A DNA stretch of 64,000 nucleotides, from positions 1,951 to 65,950 of the forward strand of contig JALLOG010000001.1 of assembly GCA_027717645.1 (NCBI GenBank). Reading direction: 5' to 3'. Positions 9,609 to 21,547 of this stretch are shown here, in pieces. The translations under genes were made by a program, and so were the position numbers. The notes beneath the pieces are model-generated. The model had not been told where the DNA came from, searched no databases, and saw only the letters and a list, made by a program, of their open reading frames with translations. Position 1 is the first letter of the stretch. Every line of letters begins with the position of its first letter. The stretch comes from Desulfobacterota bacterium AH_259_B03_O07 (lineage in GTDB: Bacteria > Desulfobacterota_D > UBA1144 > Nemesobacterales > CSP1-2).

Positions 9609-9627
9609 CCCCCACCTGTGGTGGGGG
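9609..9627. repeat. perfect 8-bp GC-rich hairpin (CCCCCACC tgt GGTGGGGG) 38 nt after the TnpA remnant
   Basis: Read directly from the sequence. The position is consistent with an IS200/IS605 subterminal hairpin or a terminator. Confidence 0.6.
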
Positions 9628-9796
9628 ATTTTCACTAATAAACATCCTTTTTTAACTGGTCTGCTCCTCTGTGCTTCTTATTGGTCAAGGTTACCAACTA
9701 TACTTAGCTTTCCCTTTTTTATTATCATGCTTTCTGATAAATGGTATTTAGATTTCAAGGATAATACTATTTCAAGAAGAATAAATTTAAAGCCCC

Positions 9797-10345
9797 TTGT
9801 TTTGCTTGCCTTTGATATTAGGAATATTTGTTTTTCTAAACTATAGCTACAATTTCGTCAGATTTGGTACCTCTTTCGATGCTGCATGTAAGATGGTTAA
9901 AGTTAACCAGCAACCCTGGTTTAATAGGGGCTTATTTAGCTTGTCCTATATACCATATCATCTTTCGGTTGTACTGTTTAAGCTCCCTGGAGTTATTTCA
10001 GACCCCCCTTATATCGTTCCTTCTTTGTCTGGTTTGTCTATCTTCTTAACTACCCCTGCTTTTATATATGCGTTTTTGGCCGGAGTGAGAAATAAACTAG
10101 CATTGGCTTGCTGGCTTGGGATAATACCTGTAGCATTTCTAATATTTATAAAAGCTGGTACGAGTTGGACAATGTTCGGTTATCGATATGCGATGGATTT
10201 CTATCCATTTTTACTTATTCTGACTGTTAGAGGCATTGGTAAGGAAATAAAATGGCACCATAAACTACTCATCATTTTCGGCATCCTAGTAAACCTTTGG
10301 GGTGTAATTTCCATTAATAAGCTAGCACATTTTGCTTGGTGGTAA
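9797..10345 (+). pseudogene. C-terminal portion of a GT-C-fold (ArnT/PMT_2-like) membrane glycosyltransferase, apparently 5'-truncated
   Basis: 182 aa, polytopic, TTG start. FGYRYAMDFYPFLLIL is typical of the C-terminal part of roughly 500-aa GT-C enzymes. IS remnants lie directly upstream. Confidence 0.45.
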
Positions 10346-10425
10346 TGGTAATTGATCTTCTAGCTTATCTTATGTACTGTTAACTCCACCTAATTTCAGA
10401 AAAGATTATTATATCGTTATAAATA

Positions 10426-11031
10426 ATGACGCTAACGGATCTGTGGCACAGGCCATACTTAGGGCCAATAATAGTATACGTTTTAGTCATAATTCTCATC
10501 GTTCTAATGCGAATTTTAATTCCTGGGGATTATGCGTTTTCTTTTGCCGCAATCCTGATGTTTTCCATCCCCTTTATTTTGAGGGGTGAAATGAAGGGTT
10601 TTAGGTGGGATGCCAAGGGCTTTTTAACGGGATTAGTTGTGTCCTTCGTTATTCTTATCCTATATGTTATTCTTATTTTAGTCTTTACCGACCACACCAT
10701 CAATACAAGCAGGATTACCTCTTCCTTAATAATTGTTCAACTCTTTTTTATTTCTATCCCAGAGGAGGTTTTTTTTCGTGGTTATCTTCAGGAAAAATTG
10801 GGAAATAACTTAAAGGGTGTAGTAATTGTGAGTTTTCTTTTTGCTTTGGGTCATTTTTTTACAATATGCTTGTTGGGTGGATTTCAGGGGTTGGTCTGTG
10901 CTCAAAACCTTCTTACATTTTTCCCGTCTATTGTAATGGGATATCTTTATTTAAAAACAGGAACTCTTTGGGGCAGTATAGTTTTTCATTTCCTTTCCAA
11001 TATTGTCTATATATCAACTGGTGGGATCTAA
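10426..11031 (+). CDS. CPBP-family intramembrane glutamic endopeptidase (CAAX protease-like)
   Basis: IPEEVFFRGYLQ (EExxxR), FALGHF and FHFLSN motifs; multiple TM segments. Confidence 0.85.
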   Translation: MTLTDLWHRPYLGPIIVYVLVIILIVLMRILIPGDYAFSFAAILMFSIPFILRGEMKGFRWDAKGFLTGLVVSFVILILYVILILVFTDHTINTSRITSSLIIVQLFFISIPEEVFFRGYLQEKLGNNLKGVVIVSFLFALGHFFTICLLGGFQGLVCAQNLLTFFPSIVMGYLYLKTGTLWGSIVFHFLSNIVYISTGGI

Positions 11032-11199
11032 TCGTTGTCACCATATTGTTTTCCCAACCAACTGGAGTCAATTTAAGTAGCAATCCGACCAAATAACCTT
11101 AAATTTATTTTCAGACGCAAATAATTTAAAATAGTTCAGTCAAGTCAAAAGGCGATCGCTTATCGATTAATTACTGGCTTGATGTGGTAATATAATATC

Positions 11200-12942
11200 A
11201 TGGATAAAATGAGGTTGGCCCTTAGTCAGATAGATGTTACTGTGGGAGATATAGATGGGAATCTAAAAAAGATTCTTAAGTATACAAAAATAGCAAGAAA
11301 TTCAGGGGTAAACATAATCTGCTTCCCAGAACTTTCCATTACCGGCTATCCCCCTGAAGATCTATTATTAAAGCCCAGTTTTATAGAAGAAAATTTAAAT
11401 GCTCTTGACGAGGTTAGAAAAGCATCCCATTCGATCACTGTAATTATTGGATTTGCCGATAAGAAGCAAGATATTTACAATGCCGCTGCGATCATTCACA
11501 ACAAAAAGTTAATAGATGTCTATCACAAGTGTTACCTTCCGAATTATGGTGTATTCGATGAAAACCGATATTTTCAAGCGGGGGTGGATTCGCCAGTATA
11601 TAAGCTTGGTGATTTTAAATTCGGGGTTAATATATGTGAAGACATCTGGTACCCTGGAGACCCCACCAGAAAACAGGCCATTTTGGGGGATGCGCAGATA
11701 ATTTTAAACATTTCTTCATCCCCATATCACGCCACTAAGGTTCAGGCGCGGGAAAGAATGTTGAAGACAAGGGCGACGGATTATTCTGTAGTCATAGGAT
11801 TTTGTAACCTCGTCGGGGGACAAGATGAATTGGTGTTTGATGGACATAGTGTAGTAATAAATGAGCGAGGGGAGGTAATGGCACGCGCTGCAGGTTTTGA
11901 AGAAGAATTACTTGTTACTGACGTCAATGTCCAACGTGTTTTCCCCTCTCGTCTGCATGATCCCAGGAGAAGAAAAGAGAAATACGCTGTGATGCTTGAA
12001 TCTACTGATGTTCATGAATTTGAATTAAATCATAGAGGGTTTAAGAGCAATTCGACGCCTAGGATTAGATCAAAGATCGAGGACTTTCTAGTTCTTGAAG
12101 AAGAGGTTTTGAAGGCACTAATTACAGGAACAAAGGACTATGTCAAGAAAAATCGATTTAAGAATGTGGTAATAGGCTTGAGCGGTGGAATCGATTCATC
12201 TTTAGTAGCTGCGGTTGCTGTGGAGGCTTTGGGTAAAGAAAACGTTATTGGGGTATCAATGCCATCTAGATATAGCTCTCCGGGAAGTACTATTGACACT
12301 GAGAGAATTTCTAAAAATCTTGGAATTGAACTTATCAGTATACCGATTGAACAGGCTTTCAGTGCTTATCTTGAAACCTTGTCAAAGGTTCTTTATGGTA
12401 AGAAGCGGGATGCTACGGAGGAAAATATTCAGGCTAGGATTCGAGGAAACATTCTTATGGCTCTTTCAAATAAATTTGGATGGCTTGTCCTTGCGACCGG
12501 GAATAAGAGCGAAACCAGCGTGGGTTATAGTACACTTTATGGGGACATGGCCGGCGGTTTTTCTGTAATAAAAGATGTTCCTAAGACTTTGGTTTATAGG
12601 CTTGCTGAATTTTACAATGAGTGCAAGGGAAAGGAACTGATACCAAGGTCTGTTTTAACCAAACCCCCAACGGCGGAGTTGAGACCCGACCAACTAGATT
12701 CTGATTCACTTCCTCCTTATAACATTCTCGATCCGATCCTAAGAGCCTACGTTGAGGAAGATTTAAGCATTGAAGAGATTATTGACAAAGGGTTTGAAGA
12801 ACACGTTGTTAAGAAGGTAGTTAAGATGGTTGATGTGAGTGAGTATAAAAGGCGACAATCTCCTCCTGGTATCAAAATTACGGCTAGGGCATTTGGAAAA
12901 GACCGTCGATTTCCGATTACAAACCTTTATAAGCAACTCTAA
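11200..12942 (+). CDS. nadE: glutamine-dependent NAD+ synthetase
   Basis: 580 aa. N-terminal CN-hydrolase domain (FPELSITGY, NICEDIW) plus SGGIDSS PP-loop synthetase domain. Confidence 0.95.
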   Translation: MDKMRLALSQIDVTVGDIDGNLKKILKYTKIARNSGVNIICFPELSITGYPPEDLLLKPSFIEENLNALDEVRKASHSITVIIGFADKKQDIYNAAAIIHNKKLIDVYHKCYLPNYGVFDENRYFQAGVDSPVYKLGDFKFGVNICEDIWYPGDPTRKQAILGDAQIILNISSSPYHATKVQARERMLKTRATDYSVVIGFCNLVGGQDELVFDGHSVVINERGEVMARAAGFEEELLVTDVNVQRVFPSRLHDPRRRKEKYAVMLESTDVHEFELNHRGFKSNSTPRIRSKIEDFLVLEEEVLKALITGTKDYVKKNRFKNVVIGLSGGIDSSLVAAVAVEALGKENVIGVSMPSRYSSPGSTIDTERISKNLGIELISIPIEQAFSAYLETLSKVLYGKKRDATEENIQARIRGNILMALSNKFGWLVLATGNKSETSVGYSTLYGDMAGGFSVIKDVPKTLVYRLAEFYNECKGKELIPRSVLTKPPTAELRPDQLDSDSLPPYNILDPILRAYVEEDLSIEEIIDKGFEEHVVKKVVKMVDVSEYKRRQSPPGIKITARAFGKDRRFPITNLYKQL

Positions 12943-13007
12943 TAGTAAAAAACCTGATTTTATTTCACGGTAAGGGTGAGTGTTACCCACCTGAATTGAT
13001 GTTTTTA

Positions 13008-13016
13008 TGGTATAAT
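13008..13016 (+). promoter_or_regulatory. extended -10 promoter element upstream of gltB
   Basis: TGGTATAAT matches TGnTATAAT exactly and ends 108 nt before the gltB ATG. No good -35 is seen. Confidence 0.3.
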
Positions 13017-13123
13017 AAAAGCTGTTTAATTTTAAGGGGGTAATTTGCTTCTTTAAGTTCAATATTAAATGGCCGGCAATATTTATACGGTTTTCATTGA
13101 AAATGATTTGACAAGGTGAAATT

Positions 13124-16100
13124 ATGAGGTTTGTTGGATTTCCCCAAAAACAGGGACTTTATGACCCAAAGTATGAGCATGATTCTTGTGGAATAGGGTT
13201 TGTTGCTAATATAAAAGGGGAAAAATCTAACTCTATAGTTCGTAATGCACTTACCGTACTCCTAAATCTCAATCACCGCGGTGCGTGTGGTTGTGAGCCA
13301 AACACTGGAGACGGCGCAGGTATCCTAATACAGACACCCCATAAATTTCTGGGAAGGGTGTGCTCAGAAATTGGAATAAAACTACCCCCTTATAGATATT
13401 ATGGTGTAGGTTTGGTATTTCTTTCTCCCGATCCTAATTACAGGGAGGAATGCGAGCTTCGTTTGGAAAAAATTGCTCAAGAAGAAGGACAAGAGGTGCT
13501 GGGATGGAGGGATGTACCGACTAATAATAGTTCACTCGGGAACACCTCTAGGTCTTGTGAACCATATATTAGACAAATCTTTATTAAACGTAATCCCGAG
13601 ATTGAAGAGGATATTGCCTTTGAACGAAAATTGTACATCATAAGAAAACGTGCAGAGAATGAAATAAGGTTTTCTGGTATGCACGGTGGGGAATATTTTT
13701 ACATAACGGGTCTATCCTATAAGACTTTAATTTATAAGGGAATGCTGACAACTTGTCAGTTAGAAGAATATTATCCGGATTTAAGTGATGGTGAGATTGA
13801 GGCTGCAATAGCCGTAGTGCATTCCAGATTCAGTACAAACACTTTTCCTAGCTGGGACCGTTCACACCCATATCGCTACATTATTCATAACGGCGAAATT
13901 AACACACTTAGGGGAAATTTGAACTGGATGCATGCAAGGCAGGCGATGCTTGAATCGGAATTATTTGGTGAAGACTTAGAAAAGATAATGCCAATAATCA
14001 GCCCCGAAGGAAGTGACTCTGCCAACTTTGATAACTGTTTGGAATTCCTTGTTCTATCCGGGCGATCTATCGATCATGCCGTTATGATGATGATTCCGGA
14101 ACCGTGGTCAAATCACGAGAGTATGAGCGAGGAGAAAAAAGCTTTTTATGAATTTCATAGCTCTCTTATGGAACCCTGGGATGGTCCAGCATCTATTGCA
14201 TTTACGGATGGCTTAAAGGTAGGTGCTGTGCTTGACAGGAACGGCTTGCGACCTTCTAGATACTACGTAACCAAGGATGATCTCGTTATTATGGCATCCG
14301 AAGTTGGTGTTCTAGATGTTCCTGTAGAGAATGTGTTGCATAAGGGGCGGTTACAGCCAGGAAGGATGTTTCTTATCGATACCGAGGAGGGCCGTATCGT
14401 TGGGGATGAAGAATTAAAGCATAAGATTTCAACTGAGCATCCTTACCGCAAATGGCTAGATAAAAACCTCTTAACCTTGGAAGAGCTTCCAGAAACATCT
14501 AAAGGTGTATCTAGTGTTGAATACGATCATGAGGCGGTACTAGCAAGGCAGAGGCTGTTTGGCTACACGTTTGAGGATTTACGGGTTATTGTGGGACCCA
14601 TGGCTCTTAGCGGAGTTGAGCCTGTCGGATCGATGGGTAAGGATACACCTGTAGCAGTGCTATCTGAAAAACCTAAGCTACTTTTTGACTATTTCAGACA
14701 GCTTTTCGCTCAGGTTACCAACCCTCCTATTGATGCTATTAGGGAAGAGATAGTTACTGGAACTGAAGTCACAATCGGGCCAGAATGGAACCTTCTGGAT
14801 CCTAGACCCGAAAGCTGTAGAAAGATAAAGTTGAATATACCTATTTTAAGGAACGAAGAGTTCAGCAAGTTGAAGATTATGGACGATGGAAGGTTTAAGG
14901 CTGTAACACTGCCTATATTGTATCACGTTTCCGAGGGAAGTAAGGGTCTCGAAAAATCTCTTGACGATTTGTTTGAAGGAGCGGATAGAGCTATTTCTGA
15001 GGGCGCGAACGTCTTGATACTGTCAGACAGAGGGTTTGACGAAGCTAAAAGCCCCATTCCGGCACTTTTGGCTGTGTCGGGCTTGCATCATCATTTGATC
15101 CGAAACGGAAATCGTATGAAAGTGGGGTTGATTTTAGAATCGGGCGAACCACGAGAAGTGCATCATTTCGCATTGCTGATTGGTTATGGTGCAAGTGCCG
15201 TTAACCCATACCTTGCTTATGAGACCCTAGACGATATGATCAGGGAAGGGATGCTTAAGGATGTAAGTTTGGAAAAAGCAATTTCAAACTATATAAAGAG
15301 CATTGTAAAGGGTGTTGTAAAGGTAATGTCCAAAATGGGCATATCTACTGTGCAAAGCTATCATGGAGCTCAGATTTTCGAGGCAATAGGATTGGATCCT
15401 GAATTTGTAGATAGATACTTTACTTGGACATCCACTAGAATCAGGGGAGTGGGCATCGACGTCATAGCCGAGGAAGCAAGAATAAGGCATGAAACGGCTT
15501 ATCCAGACAGAAAGGTCGTCTCGGACACACTTGATGTCGGTGGCGTTTACCAGTGGCGTCCAGGCGGAGAGCATCACGCCTTCAATCCAAGGTCGGTACA
15601 CTTGCTCCAAACGGCCTCTCGAACAAATAAGTACGAGCGGTATAAGAAGTTTTCTGAACTGGTTAATGACGAGTCCAAATGGCTGAATACGCTTAGGGGG
15701 CTATTGGAGTTCAAATTTAAAAAAGAGCCGATTCCGATCGATGAGGTTGAGTCTGTAGATTCTATTTGCAAACGGTTTAAAACTGGGGCAATGTCTTATG
15801 GGGCAATAGGCCAAGAAACACATGAGAACCTGGCAATTGCAATGAATCGTATTGGAGGAAAGAGCAATACCGGGGAAGGTGGGGAAGATCCCGCTCGATA
15901 TGTGCCTGATCCCAACGGAGATTCTCGAAGTAGTGCTATTAAACAGGTCGCCTCCGGTAGATTTGGTGTAACGAGCGAGTATCTCGTTAACTCTCAGGAA
16001 TTACAGATTAAGATTGCTCAAGGGGCTAAGCCGGGAGAGGGCGGTCAATTGCCGGGGATAAAGGTATATCCTTGGATTGCAAAGGTTAGACTCTCTACAC

Positions 16101-17728
16101 CGGGTGTCGGTTTGATTTCGCCTCCACCTCACCACGATATCTATTCTATTGAAGACCTGGCAGAGTTGATTCACGATTTAAAAAATGCCAATCGGAATGC
16201 CCGTATAAATGTAAAGCTGGTGTCCGAAGTAGGCGTGGGCACTATTGCAGCGGGAGTGGCTAAGGGACATGCCGATGTGATTTTGATCAGCGGGTGTGAG
16301 GGAGGAACGGGTGCTTCGCCTCAGGGGAGTATCCAACACGCTGGGCTTCCTTGGGAATTGGGTCTTGCCGAGACACATCAGACTCTTGTTCTAAACGATC
16401 TCAGAAGTCGGGTGGTCCTTGAGACAGATGGTCAGATGAAAACCGGAAGGGATATCGTAATTGCCGCTTTACTTGGAGCCGAGGAGTATGGATTTTCGAC
16501 GGCGCCTCTTATCGTTCTTGGCTGTATTATGATGAGGGTGTGTCATCTTGACACATGCCCGGTTGGTGTTGCAACTCAAAACCCGGAGCTCAGGAAGAAA
16601 TTTGCAGGAAATCCCGATCATGTCGTGAATTACCTACGATTCGTAGCGCAGGAGGTGCGCGAACTAATGGCGAAAATTGGATTCAGAACTGTGAATGAAA
16701 TGATCGGAAGAACTGATAAACTTGAGATGAAGGAAATAGTTGATCACTGGAAAGCGAAAGGCTTAGATTTGTCTGAGATACTGTATCGGCCAGATGTTTC
16801 GCCGGGAATTGGCAGGTATTGCCAAATCGCGCAGGATCATGGACTGGATGACGCACTCGATACCAAAGTTTTGATGGGAATATGCAGGCCGACCCTTGAT
16901 AGCAAAGAGCCCGTTGAAGCAATAATTCCGATACGTAATACCAACCGTACTGTTGGCACTATTGTTGGAAGTGAGTTAACGAAAAGGTTTGGCGTCGATG
17001 GACTCCCTGAAGACACGATTCGACTTCATTTCAACGGATCGGCAGGACAGAGTTTCGGGGCATTTATTCCCAAGAGCATGACCCTAATCTTAGAAGGCGA
17101 TTCAAACGATTATATCGGCAAAGGCATCTCTGGTGGGAAAATAATAGTGTACCCACCGATAGGTTCTACCTTCGTGCCGGAAGAGAACATAATAATTGGC
17201 AATGTGGCGTTTTACGGTGCAACAGGGGGGGAGGCATATATAAGGGGAATGGCAGGAGAGCGGTTCTGTGTGAGAAATAGTGGTGTTCGTGCAGTAGTTG
17301 AAGCTGTGGGGGATCACGGATGTGAATATATGACTGGCGGAAGGGTTGTGGTATTAGGGCCAACTGGTAGAAATTTTGCAGCCGGGATGTCTGGAGGGAT
17401 AGCATATGTACTCGATGAAACTGGTGATTTTGAGAGTCGCTGTAATAAGGAAATGGTAAACCTGGGCGAACTGGCTTCAGAGGATTTGGAAGAGGTAAAA
17501 GGGATGATAATGCGCCATCTAGAATATACAGATAGTGATCGAGCTAAAACAATTTTGGGTTCTTGGAATGATATTTCTAAAAAGTTTGTTAGGCTAATGC
17601 CCAAAGATTATCAGAGAATGCTTCAAGCCTTAAAAAGGGTTGAGGAAAGCGGTTTAAGCGGAGACGAAGCCTTAATGGCAGCTTTCGAGGATAATAAGAG
17701 TGACCTTGCGCGGGTAAGTGGAAATTAA
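13124..17728 (+). CDS. gltB: glutamate synthase large subunit
   Basis: 1534 aa. CGIGFVA N-terminal amidotransferase nucleophile, FMN and Fe-S central domains, GXGGG-repeat C-terminal domain. Confidence 0.97.
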   Translation: MRFVGFPQKQGLYDPKYEHDSCGIGFVANIKGEKSNSIVRNALTVLLNLNHRGACGCEPNTGDGAGILIQTPHKFLGRVCSEIGIKLPPYRYYGVGLVFLSPDPNYREECELRLEKIAQEEGQEVLGWRDVPTNNSSLGNTSRSCEPYIRQIFIKRNPEIEEDIAFERKLYIIRKRAENEIRFSGMHGGEYFYITGLSYKTLIYKGMLTTCQLEEYYPDLSDGEIEAAIAVVHSRFSTNTFPSWDRSHPYRYIIHNGEINTLRGNLNWMHARQAMLESELFGEDLEKIMPIISPEGSDSANFDNCLEFLVLSGRSIDHAVMMMIPEPWSNHESMSEEKKAFYEFHSSLMEPWDGPASIAFTDGLKVGAVLDRNGLRPSRYYVTKDDLVIMASEVGVLDVPVENVLHKGRLQPGRMFLIDTEEGRIVGDEELKHKISTEHPYRKWLDKNLLTLEELPETSKGVSSVEYDHEAVLARQRLFGYTFEDLRVIVGPMALSGVEPVGSMGKDTPVAVLSEKPKLLFDYFRQLFAQVTNPPIDAIREEIVTGTEVTIGPEWNLLDPRPESCRKIKLNIPILRNEEFSKLKIMDDGRFKAVTLPILYHVSEGSKGLEKSLDDLFEGADRAISEGANVLILSDRGFDEAKSPIPALLAVSGLHHHLIRNGNRMKVGLILESGEPREVHHFALLIGYGASAVNPYLAYETLDDMIREGMLKDVSLEKAISNYIKSIVKGVVKVMSKMGISTVQSYHGAQIFEAIGLDPEFVDRYFTWTSTRIRGVGIDVIAEEARIRHETAYPDRKVVSDTLDVGGVYQWRPGGEHHAFNPRSVHLLQTASRTNKYERYKKFSELVNDESKWLNTLRGLLEFKFKKEPIPIDEVESVDSICKRFKTGAMSYGAIGQETHENLAIAMNRIGGKSNTGEGGEDPARYVPDPNGDSRSSAIKQVASGRFGVTSEYLVNSQELQIKIAQGAKPGEGGQLPGIKVYPWIAKVRLSTPGVGLISPPPHHDIYSIEDLAELIHDLKNANRNARINVKLVSEVGVGTIAAGVAKGHADVILISGCEGGTGASPQGSIQHAGLPWELGLAETHQTLVLNDLRSRVVLETDGQMKTGRDIVIAALLGAEEYGFSTAPLIVLGCIMMRVCHLDTCPVGVATQNPELRKKFAGNPDHVVNYLRFVAQEVRELMAKIGFRTVNEMIGRTDKLEMKEIVDHWKAKGLDLSEILYRPDVSPGIGRYCQIAQDHGLDDALDTKVLMGICRPTLDSKEPVEAIIPIRNTNRTVGTIVGSELTKRFGVDGLPEDTIRLHFNGSAGQSFGAFIPKSMTLILEGDSNDYIGKGISGGKIIVYPPIGSTFVPEENIIIGNVAFYGATGGEAYIRGMAGERFCVRNSGVRAVVEAVGDHGCEYMTGGRVVVLGPTGRNFAAGMSGGIAYVLDETGDFESRCNKEMVNLGELASEDLEEVKGMIMRHLEYTDSDRAKTILGSWNDISKKFVRLMPKDYQRMLQALKRVEESGLSGDEALMAAFEDNKSDLARVSGN

Positions 17729-17817
17729 CGTTTCAAAGGTTTGTATTAGTTATGAACCTAGGAGGAGTCAGTATTGTTGCTTGACTTTCAGTTGATTGAT
17801 TGTTGGGAGGGATTTTG

Positions 17818-19302
17818 ATGGGGGATCCTACAGGATTTATTAAGCACACACGTGAACTGGAACCCGATCGAACTCCGTTAAAACGGATAAAGGATTGGAA
17901 GGAATTTCATAAGCATTTACCGGCGGACAAGCTAAAAATTCAGGGTTCTAGATGTATGGACTGTGGGATTCCTTTCTGTCAATCCGGAACTATGATAAAC
18001 GGTATGACTTCCGGTTGTCCAATCTACAATCTCATACCCGAGTGGAACGATCTTATATATCGCGATCTTTGGAGGGAGGCTCTGGAGCGACTTCATAAAA
18101 CAAATAACTTTCCTGAGTTTACTGGGAGGGTTTGTCCAGCTCCTTGTGAAGGATCATGTGTGTTAGAGATTAGTGAGCCACCCGTTACAATTAAAAGCAT
18201 AGAGTGTTCCATAATAGACAGGGGTTTTGAAGAAGGGTGGGTTGTTCCTGAACCACCGGAGAAAAGGACTGGGAAAAAGGTAGCAATTGTCGGTTCAGGG
18301 CCAGCTGGGCTTGCATGTGCTGCCCAGTTAAACAGAGCGGGACATTGGGTCACAGTGTTTGAGAGGGATGATAGGATGGGGGGGTTACTCATGTATGGAA
18401 TCCCAAACCCTCATCTCGATAAGGCAATAGTGCAGAGACGAGTGGACCTGTTAGCTGAGGAGGGTATAAAGTTTGTTGCCAATATTGAAGTTGGAAAAGA
18501 TTATCCCAGCGATAGGCTTTTAAAGGAGTTTAATTCGGTTGTATTGTGTACCGGTGCTACCAAACCTAGGGATCTGGCAATACAAGGTAGGGAATTAAAG
18601 GATATACATTTTGCGATGGACCTTTTACGTGCTAACACAAGAAGCTTGCTGGATACCAATTTGAAAGACGGAAATTATATATCGGCTAGGAATAAGGATG
18701 TAATAGTTCTCGGAGGTGGAGATACGGGTACCGATTGTATTGCCACCTGCATGCGCCATGGTTGCAGAAGTTTATTACAGTTTGAGATCCTTCCAAAACC
18801 ACCTAACGAGCGTGCTTACGATAATCCGTGGCCCCAATGGCCCAGAGTTTATACACTAAGCTATGGACAAGAAGAGGCTATGGCGGTCTTTGGAGAAGAT
18901 CCGAGAAGATACCAGGTATTAACAAAAGAGTTCATTGGGGATGAAAATGGGAATGTCAAGGATCTACTTACTGTCAAAATTGAGTGGACTAAAGGCGACA
19001 ATGGACGTCCGACATTCCGGGAGATTTCTGGAACTGAGGAGAGGTGGCCTGCCGAGTTGGTACTTCTTGCTCTTGGTTATCTTGGGCCTGAAGATAATTT
19101 ACTTGATCAATTAGGGGTTGATCGTGACGAGCGTTCGAATGCTAAGGCGGACTACGGGAAGTATAATACTAGTATCGAAGGTGTCTTTGCAGCGGGTGAT
19201 GCTAGGAGAGGGCAAAGTCTTATAGTATGGGCGATAAACGAGGGGCGAGAAGCTGCCCGTGAGTGCGACCGATATTTAATGGGATCGACAGACCTTCCTT
19301 AA
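17818..19302 (+). CDS. gltD: glutamate synthase small (NADPH) subunit
   Basis: [19 protein letters not shown] and [14 protein letters not shown] 17818 is preferred over the TTG at 17800 (GGAGGG 7 nt upstream). Confidence 0.95.
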   Translation: MGDPTGFIKHTRELEPDRTPLKRIKDWKEFHKHLPADKLKIQGSRCMDCGIPFCQSGTMINGMTSGCPIYNLIPEWNDLIYRDLWREALERLHKTNNFPEFTGRVCPAPCEGSCVLEISEPPVTIKSIECSIIDRGFEEGWVVPEPPEKRTGKKVAIVGSGPAGLACAAQLNRAGHWVTVFERDDRMGGLLMYGIPNPHLDKAIVQRRVDLLAEEGIKFVANIEVGKDYPSDRLLKEFNSVVLCTGATKPRDLAIQGRELKDIHFAMDLLRANTRSLLDTNLKDGNYISARNKDVIVLGGGDTGTDCIATCMRHGCRSLLQFEILPKPPNERAYDNPWPQWPRVYTLSYGQEEAMAVFGEDPRRYQVLTKEFIGDENGNVKDLLTVKIEWTKGDNGRPTFREISGTEERWPAELVLLALGYLGPEDNLLDQLGVDRDERSNAKADYGKYNTSIEGVFAAGDARRGQSLIVWAINEGREAARECDRYLMGSTDLP

Positions 19303-19410
19303 ATTTAATAGGATTTATTTCTTTTTTAATTCACACCTATATTGACTACAGTAGACAAATTAGTTTAATTTTTTCATTGATCAATTTGTGCGTGGAGGGG
19401 GTTTTAAATA

Positions 19411-20616
19411 ATGGCATCTAAGGATCCTCAGAAGCAGCTTGAAATAATTAAAAGAGGAGCGGAGGAAATTATCGCCGAAGAGGAACTCATAGCTAAGCTC
19501 CAGAAATCGGTTAATCGGAAAGTCCCTCTTAGAATTAAAGCGGGATTTGATCCTACTGCACCAGACTTACATCTAGGACATTGTATACTTCTTAAAAAAC
19601 TAAGGGAATTTCAGGATCTGGGACACACTGTAATCTTTCTAATAGGTGACTTTACTGCGACGATTGGAGATCCTTCCGGACAAACAGTGGCCAGGCCGCC
19701 ATTGGCCCACGAAGAGGTCATTGAAAATGCTAAAACGTATGAACGCCAAGTGTTTAAGATACTAAATAAAGATAAAACCGAGGTCGTTTTTAATTCGAAT
19801 TGGCTTAAAGAAATGAATGCGGAGGATCTCTTGAGACTGGCTTCATTAGAAAATGTAGCTAGAATGCTAGAGCGGGATGATTTTCAGGATCGTTACAGAT
19901 CGGGTTCTCCAATTACTATAAAGGAATTTCTTTATCCTCTCATTCAGGCATTTGATTCTGTAAGTTTGAAGGCCGATGTAGAGTTAGGCGGGACGGACCA
20001 GAGATTCAACCTTCTTCTGGGACGTGATGTTCAAAGGCATTTTAAACAGGAACCACAGGTTGCAATTTTTTTACCAATACTTGAAGGCACTGATGGCGTA
20101 AAGAAAATGTCAAAATCACTTGGTAACTATATAGCTATTGAAGATTCACCAGAAGATGTATACGGGAAAGCAATGTCTATTTCAGATGATCTAATGTGGA
20201 AATATTATGATCTGTTAAGTTCCAGGACCAGAAATGAGATAAATGAAATTAAATCAAAAAGTCATCCGATGGATGCTAAAAAAAATCTTGCAACTGAGAT
20301 TACGTCATTATTTCATGGAAAAGAGAAAGCATTTAGGGCACAGAAGGATTTTGAAATTAAATTCTCGGATAGACTATTTCCCGACGATGGTAGGGAAATA
20401 ACTTTACCGAAGAAAAATGGAATCACGGTTTTAGAATTAATAGCAAATTCTTCTCAAAGGTTAAAAAGTAAAAGTGAAGCCAAGAGGCTAATTGAGCAGG
20501 GGGGGGTTAGTATAGATGGGAAGAAATTTACGGATCCAAATTCCGTAATTCCCGAAAGGGATTTTATCAGGCTTAAGATAGGCAAGCGTGAGTTTGTAAA
20601 CGTTAGGTTTATGTAG
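19411..20616 (+). CDS. tyrS: tyrosine--tRNA ligase
   Basis: HLGH and KMSKS class I motifs; C-terminal S4-like domain ([13 protein letters not shown]). Confidence 0.93.
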   Translation: MASKDPQKQLEIIKRGAEEIIAEEELIAKLQKSVNRKVPLRIKAGFDPTAPDLHLGHCILLKKLREFQDLGHTVIFLIGDFTATIGDPSGQTVARPPLAHEEVIENAKTYERQVFKILNKDKTEVVFNSNWLKEMNAEDLLRLASLENVARMLERDDFQDRYRSGSPITIKEFLYPLIQAFDSVSLKADVELGGTDQRFNLLLGRDVQRHFKQEPQVAIFLPILEGTDGVKKMSKSLGNYIAIEDSPEDVYGKAMSISDDLMWKYYDLLSSRTRNEINEIKSKSHPMDAKKNLATEITSLFHGKEKAFRAQKDFEIKFSDRLFPDDGREITLPKKNGITVLELIANSSQRLKSKSEAKRLIEQGGVSIDGKKFTDPNSVIPERDFIRLKIGKREFVNVRFM

Positions 20617-20697
20617 GGGAAATACTTGTGATGGCCCATGATATATTTGATTTTATCTTTTGGGTGAACGCAAGATTTACCCTAACAACCATAAATT

Positions 20698-21096
20698 GAG
20701 GCAAGTGAACCTGTAAGCCGAATTCTGTCTTGAGCAATCATTCATCTAGGGCATCCATTGCTGAACGTCTCTAGCGACCTACCCGGAAGCATCAGGCGGG
20801 CAACCTTACCTTATCTACTATAATTCGAAATTTGCTCCCCTATTTGGTCTTTCTCCGAGTGGGGTTTTCAATGCCACAGTGTGTTGCCACACTGTGCGGT
20901 AGTCTCTTACACTACCTTTTCACCCTTACCGGATATCCCGAAGAACGAGATAACTTAGGCGGTGTGTTTTCTGTTGCACTTTCCTTTGCCTCACGACACC
21001 TGGATATTATCCAGCACTCTGCCCTCTGGAGTTCGGACTTTCCTCTTACTTTAGCAATTTGTGAAAAAGTAAGCGATTGCTAAGTCCACTTGCCTC
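20698..21096 (-). ncRNA. rnpB: RNase P RNA, bacterial type A
   Basis: The reverse complement contains GAGGAAAGUCCGAACUCCAGAGGGCAG, GUGCAACAGAAAACA..ACCGCC, GGUAAGGGUGAAAAGGU, CGGAGAAAGACCAAAUAGGGGAG and CUAGAUGAAUGAUUGCUCAAGACAGAAUUCGGCUUACAGG. P1 pairs GAGGCAAGUGGAC with GUUCACUUGCCUC. Confidence 0.95.
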
Positions 21097-21097
21097 A

Positions 21098-21547
21098 TTA
21101 AGAATGATAATCATCTAAAGCTTCATTCGCAAGTCTATCAGCTTCTTGATTTAAGTATCTTGGTATGTGATTGACCTCAACTTTCATAAAGTTTGAAATT
21201 AGTCGCATGGCTTCCTTATAAACTATTTGTATTTCTGGAGCGCGGACCTTCCAGATACCATTGATCTGGTTAGCAATTAGCAAGGAATCGGTATGGATTT
21301 TAAGGGTAGCTTGCTTAAGTTTTTTTGCGTATTTTAGGGCGGTAATGAGTGCCTGATATTCGGCTTGATTATTTGTAAGCGTGCCCAAATATTTTTTTAC
21401 CTTATATAAGTTTCCTTTTGAATCATTAATAACAATTCCAATACTTGAAGATCCGGGATTTCCCCTTGAAGCCCCGTCTATAAATATTTCTGCAAATTCT
21501 TTTTCACTTTTATATTTAGCCAAATCAAGCAGTTTGAAGTTTGCCAC
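21098..21547 (-). CDS. rnhA: ribonuclease HI
   Basis: DGASRGNPG, NNQAEYQALI, IHTDSLLI and NQEADRLAN (DEDD residues). Confidence 0.9.
   Translation of the reverse strand: MANFKLLDLAKYKSEKEFAEIFIDGASRGNPGSSSIGIVINDSKGNLYKVKKYLGTLTNNQAEYQALITALKYAKKLKQATLKIHTDSLLIANQINGIWKVRAPEIQIVYKEAMRLISNFMKVEVNHIPRYLNQEADRLANEALDDYHS

Noticed and set aside
15284-17604. Cluster of 65-108-aa ORFs on the minus strand (and short plus-strand ones) inside gltB
   Set aside because: All lie within or antisense to a 1534-aa gene with unmistakable glutamate synthase motifs. They have no RBS and no recognisable domains, which is typical of shadow ORFs.
19303-19410. T-box leader upstream of tyrS
   Set aside because: The gap is only 108 nt, with no specifier-loop or T-box (AGGGUGGNACCGCG) sequence.
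20832-21083. 83-aa plus-strand ORF
   Set aside because: It lies entirely antisense to the RNase P RNA, whose conserved blocks explain the sequence.
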